A DNA stretch of 55,882 nt, the filler included, from Sphacelaria rigidula (lineage: Eukaryota): the NCBI GenBank assembly GCA_964200075.2. It is 6 parts of 6 records of this genome, joined end to end, with 100 filler letters (N's around TTAATTAATTAA, not from the genome) between each part and the next. Parts side by side here need not be neighbours in the genome. Positions count along the whole stretch, not along the records: positions 18,663 to 27,892 come from CAXNAA020008983.1; positions 27,993 to 37,222 come from CAXNAA020008984.1; 4 more parts are not named here. One strand, given 5' to 3'. The notes under the pieces were generated by a model. That model was not told where the DNA came from. It made no database searches and saw only the letters and a list, made by a program, of their open reading frames with translations. The first letter of the stretch is position 1. Each line of letters begins with the position of its first letter. Positions 25,248 through 37,322 of the stretch are shown in pieces. A program made the translations under genes and the position numbers.

Positions 25248-26933
25248 ACCCTGCTCGCTCGCCATACGCAAATGACACCCCCCTGCAGCTTCGAGCATGC
25301 AAGGAGTATCTCCAGCTACGCGCTGCTCCGGCGGCAATTCCGCCAACCCGGCATCCACCTGTCCTTCAAGTAGACACCCCTGCGAATCGTCTGAACAATC
25401 TCCCGCCCTGTCACTGGCGCAGATAGATTCACTATGAGCACGGCAAGCTCCAAGCTCACCCTGCTCGCTCGCCATACGCGAATAAGACCCCCTGCAGCCT
25501 CGAGCATGCAAGGAGTATCTCCAGCTACGCGCTGGTCCGGCGGCAACAAGCAACTGGGATCTTCGCCCACCATAACTTGCTCATTGGCCCATGTAGACCC
25601 CGCTCTCTCAACATCGCCAGCAGCAGCAGTATCACCCATACTCGCTACACCCGCCACCTTCTGTCCGGCTTGCTCCTTGACGGCAGTAGCGGCAACGCCT
25701 CTAGCACTCTCGTGCCTACGCACTCGCACAGGCCTATGTTGTGTCGCCTTCTTGCCCCTCAAAATGTCGTGCCTGTCTCCACCGCCGCCGACCTTCACAC
25801 TATCTTGCGCTACACTCGGCGATGCATAAGGTGCATGCTTGCGCAGCGCAAAGAGCAATTTCTCTTGCCCAAAATCATTCGCACCATCCAAAAATGTGTC
25901 ACATAGACAGTTCTCGATGTGTGCGGGCATGAGGTCAGAGATCGCTGGCTCCTCAAAATGTGCCAGCGTGCTTGACGCTCGTCCGTTGCGTGCACCTCAC
26001 GAAGGTAGTCCTCATACTTCCGCAGAAATTGAGCAGATTTTCACTTGAGAACTTGCGACCGCAGTAGGGCATATCCAGAAATCGTACACGGACAGCGCGA
26101 CCATTGATGACAACATATTGTTGCGGCGCACGAACAACATGGCCGTCCACCGCGACATACTCCTGCACCTCGTACATTTCGATCAGCAGTAAAGCACTCC
26201 ACACGCCGTTTTGAAAGACGAAGTCGCCTCCCACTCACAGGAACAACAACTCTCTCCTTATACCAAGACGCGCTTGGCCAACAAACGACAATGGCCACTG
26301 CGCCTCTTCCTCACGCAAGTCTCACCACGTGTTTCAAGTCCTTAGACTCCTCTTCCTGACCGTACCTTGTCAAGCGTGGAACAAGCAACTCTCGCTGGCC
26401 CCACCAGGCAGTAATTTCGCCGCTTTTCTGGAACGTGCACGGGCTCGCCAGCTGTCGGTCAACCCCCCGCACCTCTCGCACGAGCGATACCACAGCCCAC
26501 CCTATCACTGCCTCAGAACCTCCTCGGCCCTACTTCTCCAACTCCTCGCGACGTTAAGACGCCTTGAGCTTGTTTTGTTTGATGCAAACTGATGAGCCCT
26601 GCAGACTTCTCTATCTTGAAGTGTCAGTTGCTTTTCAGCGGAACTACCGCCTCAGCGGACTCAATGAACGTTCATTGTAGACTTCTGTCACTCAAGATCA
26701 GATCGCCATGTGAACTCCTCCCATGACAGGTACATGGACCTCAGCAGCTTTGGTTATTCATATATTAACCCTCAGCATAGTACAGGAGAACAGTACCATA
26801 ACCTCTCTCCACCAGAGTGGAAAAATCAAGCCTACTCGTCATGGAGGTCACAATCACAGAGCACGACAATCAGACCCGCAACTCCACCAACAATGTCCCT
26901 GACCTTAGGTAACAATGGTGGCTAGAGTCTACA
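25248..26933 (-). mobile_element. Nested, 3'-truncated second LTR element (putative 225-bp LTR 26709-26933, PBS, decayed gag-like ORF)
   Basis: Host gag resumes in register at 26934. Minus strand begins TGTAGAC, with ...TTCACA followed by TGGCGATC; broken protein-like frames at ~25316-26234; ~85-bp direct repeat at 25248 and 25458. Confidence 0.6.
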
Positions 26934-27892
26934 GGCCTTGTCCGCTGTTGCTGAAGCGTCCTTGTCCGCTGTCGCTGAAGCGGGCTTGCCCTTGCTGCCG
27001 TGGTCCGCTGTTGTGACGTTGTCCTCAGCCGGGCTGCCCTTGCTGCCGCTGATCGTCAGGATCGTTGCCCCAGTAGCAGGAGATTCAATAAAATGAGGTT
27101 GATCAAGAAAATGAGGTTTGAAGATCCTAGCCGTGGAATGACAAAACAGCCCTCAGGAGTACCGCACGACATCGCTGATGTGCAATTTTGGGGAGGAGTA
27201 GGAAGTGCGTCCGCGGTTTCACATGCCGCCCATCCATGGTTAGCTGCGGGCGACGGAGCATAATAATGTTTGTTTGATCGTCGACGATGTTTTCATATTG
27301 TTTGTCTCGACGCTCGTGTCCAGACAAAAATCTCGGGCGTCAAGTTGCTCGTCAGTGACGTGGTGGTGGGATATCACTGCCAACGCAGTGATGTGCCGAG
27401 CGGATGATTGAGCGTCCACTGTCCTGAAGAGTTGACGGCTGATGCACAACGTGAATAATTTATTGCACGACTCAACCGTACCGCAAATACCCGTCGAGCT
27501 TTCCAATCCGGTTCGAGCATATATGATGCGGCAATGTCTCAGTCGAAAGAGAAATCGTTGGCATCCACCCCAAAATCGCTTCGTACGGTCCCGCCATACA
27601 CACCATCGTAACACCTCATTATGCTACATGGCAGCATCTCGACCCCGCCCTGAACTGTACGTTCGCGCCCGCATCCCGGCCTGTACGTGAACCTATTGCT
27701 TTCACTCTCCAACTGCGCCACTGAACTCGAGACTCCAGCGTCATCACTAGTTGCTATTGCAATCACCATCATCAACACCATCGCCATCACGTCCAGTATC
27801 ACAGTCGTCATGGCCATCATCGGGGGCTACCTCGTCCCCCAACCCCTCTCGACCCGTGTCGCGTCTGGACCTCAGCCACCTTTGCTCGAATC

Positions 27893-27992
27893 NNNNNNNN
27901 NNNNNNNNNNNNNNNNNNNNNNNNNNNNNNNNNNNNTTAATTAATTAANNNNNNNNNNNNNNNNNNNNNNNNNNNNNNNNNNNNNNNNNNNN
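27893..27992. other. Artificial contig linker
   Basis: N44-TTAATTAATTAA-N44. Confidence 0.97.
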
Positions 27993-28231
27993 CCACCACA
28001 CTCATCAGACTGTCCCTCCCCCCCATCCCCCCCCCCCCGCGGCGGGGGGGGGGGGGGGGGGGGGGACACTTGCCTACAAACGACTACTAGCTCTACGCGG
28101 CCAGAAACCTGTACGACTACGTCGTTGCTTGCAAATAGCTACTCGGCCCGGAACCTGTGCAAGTGGTTATCTGGGATATCACCGTTCGAATCCCAATGTT
28201 CGTTCGTCCAAGCTGTTACAAGCCATACTAC

Positions 28232-28470
28232 GTGCATTGTCATCCTATATATTATGGAAGCCAATCTTTACACATTTCGGTATATGTGGGCGCATCAGCA
28301 TCGGTCACAATTGAGACAATTGAGGAAGGTCAACACGGGTGTTTTTATTCTGTTTCAGTACTCCACCTCCCTTCTGCGGTTCCTGCTTCCATTTTTATCG
28401 AAAGAGGGGTTCAACGATACATTGTTTCTCTTGTCGACCGTGAGTCGAATTTTGTGTATACTCACGACAT
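28232..28470 (-). mobile_element. SINE family 2 body, head missing
   Basis: Reverse-complement match to 17760-18000 (ttcggtatatgtgggcgca, gtcgaccgt.agtcgaattttgtgta). Confidence 0.7.
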
Positions 28471-29121
28471 ATATACAGGTACAGATGTCACGGTGTTTGA
28501 CTCTGCCTATGACCGTTCTTGCAACCATTTCATGACAAATATAGGAGAACAAGCGCACATCGTGGTGATCCGGTGCAACCGCGCTGGGCCGGAGTAAGCG
28601 AAGTGTTAAGCCTTCATTCAGCACACAGACATGAACAGCAGCAGCATTGATTTCAGGGGTAACGCAAACGCTGCACGAGGCCAAACGGGATTGAGTTCGA
28701 TCTACAGGCAGGCTCAACAGCCTGGATGGGTACCGGGATTTACTTCTTTTTGTTGAGATGTAGCAATAACCGCTGAGTGAGCCACTCAGTCGAGTGCTGA
28801 CACCTTTATATGCGTTGCCCTCCCTATTGAAACCGACCACTCGCCAAAAGCACCGCCCGCAACCATGCGCGTCCACTCTCAGACTTGAGGTTCATGCCCT
28901 ATTTTCTGTCGTTCACAAAGACCGCGAACCCAGGGGCGACCACCGTGACGACCCCAAGGAAGATTAAGATATTTCCGAGTTCCGAGTCTACCCGCAGTGC
29001 GTACCAACGACCTGCCCATGAAAACCTGCCCCGAGGACCCTGTTCCACCCACAATCTAAACGACGGGTGATTACTAAATGGTCGGAAACAAAATAAGTTG
29101 CTATGGTACTAAAAATAAGAA

Positions 29122-29330
29122 GCCGCTAACCCTGACGCGCTAACCCAGACGGCAACTCTGACCCAGGCATGAGAGAAATGTCGGGCAAGGGGGCTGCAAC
29201 AAACGTCCTAGACGAAGTATGCATAGGCGGACCTCGAAGCGACGCCTGCGGCGCCGATTTTGGACAAAAACACTTTCTGGACAAGCTACGAGCACTTGGG
29301 CAAGTCAGCCCTTCTTAAAGATCTGAATAT
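29122..29330 (+). repeat. Repeat with degenerate CCCTAA-like start; homologs at ~52410-52540 and ~52625-52830
   Basis: Shared tcgggcaagggg..tgcaac...cctag.cgaagt...gacctc.aa...ggcgc.gattt.gacaa...aaagatc. Confidence 0.65.
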
Positions 29331-30953
29331 CTATCTCCAAACTAAAAACGAGTAATAACCATTGTTTTCGAGCTTTTGGCAGTCTCTGTTGACCTGTACA
29401 CGGCCCGTCAGAACCTCTCAGTATACAGCGCATGATAATTGATGGCGCTGTACTAGACGTGTTTTTACAAGTGGTGCGTACTTGGACCGCTATTGGTAGA
29501 TACGTCAAACAGATCGACCAGTGCAGTTGGAGTCTTCTCATCCTACCCTGCAAAAACAGCAGCAGCAACACAAAGAGTATGATGACACAAAAATCTGCTT
29601 TGTGTGTCACACAAATTGCAGTAACATAACCAGCTCCCGTGGTCAAGAAGGTGTTCACGTGACGCAACTTTACAAATCCGTAATAATTTTTCAGCAGTTC
29701 ATCAGAGTCACGCAGCAGAATCGCACGTCGCCGCACCTCCGTCCCCAGACACAATACTACTGAAACTGCAAATACGAACACAAAATGCACTGCCTACATG
29801 ATTTCATCGGGTGGCAACTTAGGCACGTACCGACCGACATATGAATCGATACAACGGACAGTATACTGTGCGTACAAGAGGGGGGGGGGGGTACCATGTA
29901 CCATTTTACAGGAGGAGTATGTATGGTACAATTCATGGATATCTCTGGACACGTATACGAATGCCAAATCTTCGCAGCCATCGTGGTAATGGAATTGAGG
30001 GCTTCTACATGAGAACACTTGCGTAAGAGGGGCAGATAAATGCGACCAAAACAAACGCTCATCATCGATTCCTGTTATCTTCGTGCCTCTGTGGCCCGGG
30101 CGGTACAATCTTGAAGCAATATACTTCTGTGAGGGTAACCAAAAAGCTAGGGAGGAGGCGGCTTGGATGAGGTGAGCGAGGCAGACAAATACTGTGTGCA
30201 TAATTATGGTTGACGTCAAATCCATGGGTGAATACATTCGACACGAAGACAGAGAAGCGACAGGGAAATATATTGTAGCTCTCCCTCTCGATTACATACA
30301 ATGTCGACAAGAGACGTTCGTGCGTGCGTATGATACGCGAACGGGCGAAGGCCCCCGCAAAGCCTCCCTCATGCGGCAAAATGAGCACATCCATGCACAC
30401 CACTATTTTTTTTCTAACCTTGATGTAGGAAGCACAATCCCAACCATTATTTCCCTGTATACTCACTCTATCCATGTCTCTTCGCCTCCCTTCACCCCTT
30501 TAGCCTTCTCTCTCGGTCGTGTGCGATGTCCGAACACAACTCAAACGCACGCGATTCTTACAGGCGGTTGCGCACGCAACTTGTGGCTCATTTATTTGCT
30601 CATGTTCTAATTTTTGTCTTTCCGTTTCAACCATGCATATTGCCCTCTCTCACCAGTGAAACTGTTAGAACCAGCGTCATTCGTCGACCATGAATAATTT
30701 TGTTGAAATGTTTCAATCAATAAAAATGCTGAAGTACTACGAAAACGAAAGTGACGAACCCCGGAGCTTATCTTCGGTGCACATGAACCTAGTATTAATT
30801 TCTGATGTACATGTAGACTTGAAAATTAAAACCTGGCCAAGCGTACCCAGCATCATGTTTGTGCAGTAAGGGGAGCTCACCCCGAGGTTCTTCAACCGAC
30901 CAGTACACAACGTAGCATGCAGGCGCCTGTCGTCCTGGTGTGGAAACACACCA

Positions 30954-31135
30954 CACGCTGGACAATGTATGGTCAATAGATGCAACGTACGAGAAGTGTA
31001 CTGCATGAAGTATAGGTTTATCGCAACTATTGCGGGCCGACAATAGTCGCAATAGGCTCATATATTTTATTCAGTACTTTTACTGTCTAATGCAACTATT
31101 TTGACTATTGACAAGATATTGTCCCAGGTGTGAAA
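30954..31135. repeat. Diverged copy of the 13533-13688 palindrome family
   Basis: cacgctggacaa..tatggtcaat.gat.caa...gtactgcat.aagtatagg..tatcgc arm plus its inverted arm. Confidence 0.75.
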
Positions 31136-31224
31136 TACACACACGATCATACAATAATTCGAAGGAGCGGTGTTGCCTCACAGACCAGGCCCAGAATAAT
31201 GCATACATGCATCCATCCATCATG

Positions 31225-31362
31225 GATCGACGTTTTTCAAAACCAATCGGGTCAGTCCCTGCAGATACCACGCCCCTGATCCTAACCCCAACACTTATCC
31301 TGACCCTAACCCTAACCATAGGGGTGCCCAAATTCCGACGCGGTCCTCTCACGCATTACACC
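31225..31362 (+). repeat. Partial copy of the 34292-34500 MITE
   Basis: gatcgacgtttttcaaaaccaatcggg.cagtccctgcag...ccctaaccataggggtg shared with 34351-34460. Confidence 0.8.
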
Positions 31363-33017
31363 CCTCTATAAATGTAACCCGTTTGTTGCTGGTGCATGCT
31401 GAAAATTGAGGCCAGGGGAATATATGATAACGACAAGCACATGGAGTAGCTGCTCCAGCTTGAAGGCCCGCACACCATCTCAATTACTCCCCCCGTATCT
31501 GTTGCATCACCAGTACAACAAGCGAGTAGGACGGTTCGCGTAGCGACGGGGATGTTCTTTCACTCTTCTGACCGATCATCACGCATGCCACAAATTTTAG
31601 GATCCGTTCGATCAAGTGAGGTAGCCGAGTTGCTGAATACTGTAGTCGCTGCTGCTGTACGCGCATGAACAACATGCGCAATAATAGGATATCCATGGCC
31701 TTGGTCGGCCGAATTTGCAGGAAGAGGATAAAGTCCGCCGTCTTTGACGGAGAAACGTTACATTCTCTTGCAGTGTGGTATGCGGCATGACAGATACTTG
31801 TCCGCCGCCTGGTATACTTGTACATGCTCACTGAAAAGAGCCAACACCAGCTAACTAACTCCTCTCTGGGTGAAGAAACGATTTTGTTCTTTCCGCAACT
31901 CCTCCCTCTGTAAAGAAACGATTTTGTTCTGACTGCCTTCCGGAGACCCTCTTCCAGCCGCGAAATATGTTCATGTGTAAGAACAAAAAGCCATAAACTT
32001 CTTGCAGATAGTCCGGAAAGAGGAGAGGCCGACAGGTACGTGAAATATCTGCTTTGTCTCTCCAGCACATGAAAGAGGACATAAGCTCGTGTTCATCGTG
32101 GTCGGTCGTGCTGCGGACTTGAGCCGGACGAACCAAACAAGACCCCACTGTCCTGCCGAGCGCAAGAAAAAATCTTAGTGCGTGTATGCAAACACATGGT
32201 TGGCAGATGCTTTTTCCCCCGCCCCGCCCGTCTGGCGACTGTTTTGTCGTCGCTAACAGCAACAGATGCGATGAACCATCGAGAATGTATGCGCAGGCCA
32301 AATCGACAGTGCTGTATCGCGCAGGACGCTCAACTCTAACCATCACGACCTAAAGGTTTGGTGTGCGTGGGTAGGGATCGAAGGCAACTGCGAAAATGCC
32401 AGCTAGCACGGCCATCCCATCCTACCTCGTGAGTGCACACCGGCGCAAAAAACAAATATTTCCATAAATCAAAGATACCCGACAGTGACAACAGGGCACG
32501 TACGGTGTAGGTTGACACTTACAGGGTCTCCAGAACTGCATCACGAAACGGCAACTGACACAACACAAAGGCAGCAGCAGCAACGACAATACAAACACGC
32601 GCGTCCCAAACATGCGGTGCACACCTCGTTTCTAGCGTCTTCAGCACACGATAAAGCGCCTTCTCTACCGCCGCCTTGCTGTCGTGCTCGGACAGCATCC
32701 CTTCCGTCCTGCTCCGCCCCCCGTCGTTCCTTGCTCAACGACGCTGCGGTACCCGCCGCCTTATCCCTTCCGTATGTTTTTTATTTTTATTTTGTCATAT
32801 TTTTGGCCACTATGAGGTTGCTCGTCCCGCTTCTCCCCCCTTTCACCACTCCGCCTACCCCAGCATCTTCTTCTCCGCAACTTTTCCCTCTTTCTTTATC
32901 CCCACTCGCCGAACAATTCCAACAGCATACATATTCGTTTGCAGTGCACGGAACAGAATATACTGTTACACGGCGCGGCAGAAATGAGCGAAACAACGAA
33001 TTTCGGCAGAGAAACTT

Positions 33018-33329
33018 GCCGCCGCGCCTTGTGGTGTAATGGTTCGACTGTCGCCATTAGGGTGGAGAGAACGAGGGTTCGATTTCCGATGCGTTGGGTT
33101 TTGTCTTCGTAATAGCTGATTTCCACCGTGAGAAGCGTGATAACAAGTGTAAACGAAGTAGTGGACTGAGTTTGTTTCGCGTGGGTTGACGCGGTGCGAG
33201 AGTGCTGACGCAATCCGCCAAAATGCAAGGTGTGTACCGGGGGAGAGATGGGATGATCCCTTGAGACCACGGACTCGTCCCGAGGAAGGGGAGGGATTCA
33301 AAGTGTGACCAAAAAAGAGGAAAAGTAGT
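33018..33329 (+). mobile_element. tRNA-derived SINE family 1 copy
   Basis: A box TGGTGTAATGG (33032-33042), B box GGTTCGATTTCC (33076-33087); shared body. Confidence 0.8.
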
Positions 33330-34291
33330 AACCAATAATGATGTTGGGCGGTAGTGTGGAAGAGCGGATATAAATATGAACAGCTCTTATTCATTTCGGG
33401 GAGCCGCAAATTAAAATCCACAACAACAACGTTGGGGGAAGGGGGGCAATCTCGTAACATGTTGGTTTTTCTAGGTGAGTAGCGCCTGCAATCGCCGTGG
33501 TATTTACATACGCGACGCATTTTGTGTTCGTGTTTTGTTGTGGTTGTCTCATTTTGATTCAACTCTCCTTTTCCGGTTCATTCTGTTGCTCTATACGCCT
33601 TTCTTTCTCCCCCTTTCTCGAGCTCTTTTCGGCGAGTGTTTCCGTCTCTACATATATCTTAGGTACGGCGACCTTGCGATCACGGCCGGGTTACAAGAGG
33701 GTCGGTTAGTGTTCGATAATCACGCAATGCATGCATCCATTTTTGTGCTGCGGTACTTTCTGCACTACTCCGCGTACGCGGGGGGGAAATTAGGTTATGG
33801 TATGTCGATGTGGAGCAGTGGTGCAGCTAAGTGTATTTATATTAATTTCTACACCACCAGTGTTGGCAGCACCAGGGTGAATGAAGGCATAGCACCAAGC
33901 TATTAGGGTGGGGGTACTGAGACTATGTCGCTCTTTTTCTACCAGCATGTTTTGAACACTACAAGCAGCACGACAAGTGTCCCCCTGAAGAGGTAGAGGC
34001 AACGTGTTTGGGGGGGGGGGGGGGGGCGAGCGGTATCGGCGCTCTGCTCGATGACATATATATGTGTGTGGGTGTGGGTGTTGGGTTCGCGGGTGTGGTG
34101 CACGCACAGATTGATTATGGGGTTAACGATGGGACGGTATTTGTGATCTAGAACATCGAGTACCCCCCACCGCCATTACTAGAAGCCGCTAGATCGATAC
34201 GTGTTGTATAGAAGAATGGGATGGATGCGGGATCTTCGGTGCATTTGTGCATCATTGCGTGGCAGCGATACGGCTATCAAGCCGTACACGC

Positions 34292-34500
34292 TGTAATGCG
34301 TGAGAGGACCGCGTGCTTAGAGGACCGCGCCGTAGTTCAAAACACCTCAGGATCGACGTTTTTCAAAACCAATCGGGCCAGTCCCTGCAGGTATCACGCC
34401 CCTGACCCTAATCCCAACACTAACCTAACCTAACCCTAACCATAGGGGTGTTTCAATTCCGATGCGATCCTCTAAGCACGCGGTTCTCTCATGCATTACA
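34292..34500. mobile_element. ~210-bp MITE containing telomere-like CCCTAA repeats
   Basis: TIR tgtaatgcgtgagaggaccgcgtgcttagagga / tcctctaagcacgcggttctctcatgcattaca. Confidence 0.75.
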
Positions 34501-34527
34501 CACGCGGTGGGTTTGAATCCAGGTCTC

Positions 34528-35462
34528 TTCATTTCTGTACTGCGTAGACGGTCATGAGATAAAACACTCTGCACGTGTATCCATTCATTACCGAGTGCTC
34601 AAGAAAGATTCGCGCACTCGCTGCACCCGACCTATATGCAAACTACGGTGGACCAGCTCCGTTTATCACTGTACTGCGTAGGCGGTCATAATATAAAACA
34701 CCGTGCACGTGTATCCACTCATTATACCGAGCACCCAAGAAAGATTCTCGCCCTCGCTGCGCCCGATTTATATGCAAACTACGGCGGACCAGCTCTGTTC
34801 ATCACTGTACTGCGTAGACGGTCATAATATAAAACACCCTGCCTGTGTATCCACTCATTACCGAGCACCCAAGAAAGATTCTCGCCCTCGCTGCGCACGA
34901 CTTATGAGCAAACCTCGGCGGACCAGCTCTGTTCATCACTGTACCGCGTACACACGCGGCCATTCGGCTGCCCCCCAAAATACTCTGTTTCGGTCAACTT
35001 TTCGAGCCTCTAGAGGAATTTAACGCCTCCAGAGGGTGCGCGTCCCTCTAAAGGGGTGGGATTGAACGCCTCCAGAGGCTGGTTTTTCCTCTTGAGGGTC
35101 ACGCATCCCTCTGGAGGAATTTGGAGGACGCGTGCCCCTCCAGAGCACCATCTTTCTTGTTACTTTCGAGGGATTCAGACCTCAGGAGTCACTGGAGCAT
35201 CAGATGCCCTCCAGAGGATTCGTTTTATGACTTGAACCAAGTATGACATACCCTCTGGATGGTATTTTTATCCTCCGAAAGGTCACATCACCCTCGAGAG
35301 GATAAAAATCGCGATAGAGGATTCTCAAGGGGGTAGCCGAATGGCCGCGTGTGTAGAGGGTTAGAATATAAAACACCCTGCGCGTGTATCCACTCATTAC
35401 CGAGCACCCAAGAAAGATTCTCGCCCTCGCTGCACCCGACTTGTAGGCAAACTACGGCGACC
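34528..35462 (+). repeat. ~135-bp tandem repeat (4 units; unit 4 interrupted by a MITE)
   Basis: ctgtac.gcgta at 34535, 34669, 34805 and 34939; the unit resumes at 35354. Confidence 0.9.
34951..35353. mobile_element. 403-bp Tc1/mariner-type MITE
   Basis: 24-bp TIR cacacgcggccattcggct(g/a)cccc; TA TSD at 34949-34950 and 35354-35355, confirmed against empty-site tandem units. Confidence 0.85.
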
Positions 35463-35546
35463 GCAGATGAAGAGGCTCTAGCAGCATTAGAAACTTGCTG
35501 ACGCAAAGGAGATACGCGCATTCGCTGTAGCCCACAGGTATCTACG

Positions 35547-36566
35547 GTGTAATGCGTGGGAGAACCGCGTGCGTTCTGGGCCACATCGGAATTTGAACAA
35601 CCCAGGATCGACACGTTGGGAGGACCGCACGGACGTCGTGAATGTCGGGACCGCGCCCCGAGCACACTTGGGCGGCGCATTTTATTGAGCCAGGGGTAGC
35701 AAAGCCAGGCAAGGTGACCCTTGCGACCCGACGACGACGCAGTGTGCCTCGAAAGGAGGATAGCAAGGGGTCCAAAACTAAAAAAAGTCAGAAATCAGTA
35801 AATCGTCTAGAGCTCACTCTCGCCGGTGCATTGAAGTAGGAAATAGCTGGGACCAGGTTATTTTACGGAGGTGTCGACGCCTACCACGTCGTCATGGCCG
35901 CATCGATGAACAACACTTACCTGATGATCGGCACTCGCAGGTACCGGCTGTATAGACGACCCCTCTGTGGCTTGGTGGTCACAGGTAGTGAGACACATGT
36001 TGCATACGGTCCACAGTGTCACACTCACGGAAGCTTCAATACAAGATTTGGCAAGTGTGACCCCAAACAAAGGGGGAAAAGGGACCGCAGGGTGTGATCC
36101 CGAAATAGGAGGCGAATCAGGTACGAGACATTTTGGGACGCGGGTAGTAACGTCTTGGAAAACATCATCCCGAACCTAGGAGTACAAAGATTTCATGTCG
36201 CCGCGGGACACAACACGCGGTCATGACGACGTGGTAGGCGCCGACACCTCCCTGAAATAACCTGATCCCAGCTCTTTTCTACCGCAATGCACCAACGAGA
36301 ATGAGGTCTAGACGAGTTACTGGTTCCTGACATTTTCAGGTGGACTTGCTGTCCTTGTTTCGAGGCACACTGCGTCGTCGTCGGGTCGCAAGGGTCACCT
36401 TGCCTGGCTTTGCTACCACCGGCTCGATCAAATGCGCGGCCCAAGTGTGCTCGGGGCGCGGTCCCGGCATTCACGACGTCCGCGCGGTCCGCTCGACACG
36501 TCGGGCCTGGGTTGTGCAAAATTTCGATGTGGTCCAAAACGTACGTGGTTCTCCCTTGCATGATAT
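35547..36566. mobile_element. ~1-kb non-autonomous element with ~350-bp inverted arms
   Basis: 35547-~35900 is the reverse complement of ~36216-36566 (e.g. gcaaagccaggcaaggtgacccttgcgacccgacgacgacgcagtgtgcctcgaaa is exact); its terminus is shared with the 34292 MITE. Confidence 0.85.
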
Positions 36567-37222
36567 TATACGGTGCCCACTCTCCACAGTGTCGGTGCAG
36601 CACCATTGGACACGCGAGCCACTATCAACTGGGCGCATGTACCTCATAATAGGATTCACCATAGTGCGGTATTCAAGAACGATCTGTGTGCAGTACCGTT
36701 TAGGGAAGTTGCTGGATGGAAATGTGGTTGCCTGGACGGCGGGCAAGTTTTTACGCTTATGGACCGACATTCCCCCGCACCTACACCACATCACAAACTA
36801 AGAGATGTACTAATATGATATGCCACGCGTTTCTTCACATCACCTCTGGATTGGGGTCAATGTGCCACGACGCCCTTTAAAGTCGACATGCCAGGAGGAG
36901 CACCCCCAATCGCAACGCGTCCGTATCACGCGAACCCGCTGCTTGCCAATATGTACAAGTAGTCCTTAATAGCTATCTAGCCGCGGGGATCACTCGCAAT
37001 TCGACACCCACGGGTATTCCCTCTGGTGGCCGTTCGGGAGAAAAACAGCAAGATGTCACTCAACTGTCAAGCGTTGACGTTTGAACGCAATGATGACGGT
37101 CCCCCGCCTCCCGCTCGCCAGAAAAGGTTAAACCATCGACTCCCTTGGGCGGGATAAGTCATCCTACGATAGGGGGGGGGTATTTGGTCGCACGAAAAAA
37201 GAGGCTCATAAGTGTGTCAGAC

Positions 37223-37322
37223 NNNNNNNNNNNNNNNNNNNNNNNNNNNNNNNNNNNNNNNNNNNNTTAATTAATTAANNNNNNNNNNNNNNNNNNNNNN
37301 NNNNNNNNNNNNNNNNNNNNNN
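37223..37322. other. Artificial contig linker
   Basis: N44-TTAATTAATTAA-N44. Confidence 0.97.

Larger units (their letters stand above)
18663..27074 (-). mobile_element. Ty1/copia LTR retrotransposon tandem (internal-LTR-internal), degenerate
   Basis: Domain order gag-PR-IN-RT-RNaseH; PPT, LTR and PBS at 20830-21311; 18663-18954 repeats at 24956-25247 (offset 6293 bp). Confidence 0.93.

Noticed and set aside
33018..33095. tRNA-Asp-like gene (also 16060-16141, 17070-17150, 50620-50699, 11920-11991)
   Set aside because: No proper acceptor stem or cloverleaf, and four of the five continue into a shared repeat body; SINE heads are more likely.
34528..35462. CRISPR-like array (also 53788-54440)
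   Set aside because: Whole units repeat with no unique spacers, no cas genes are present, and the context is eukaryotic.
35542..36801. Two similar ORFs (MD.LLS.FRGTLRRRRVARVTLPGFAT) on opposite strands
   Set aside because: A by-product of the long inverted repeat, not a gene pair.
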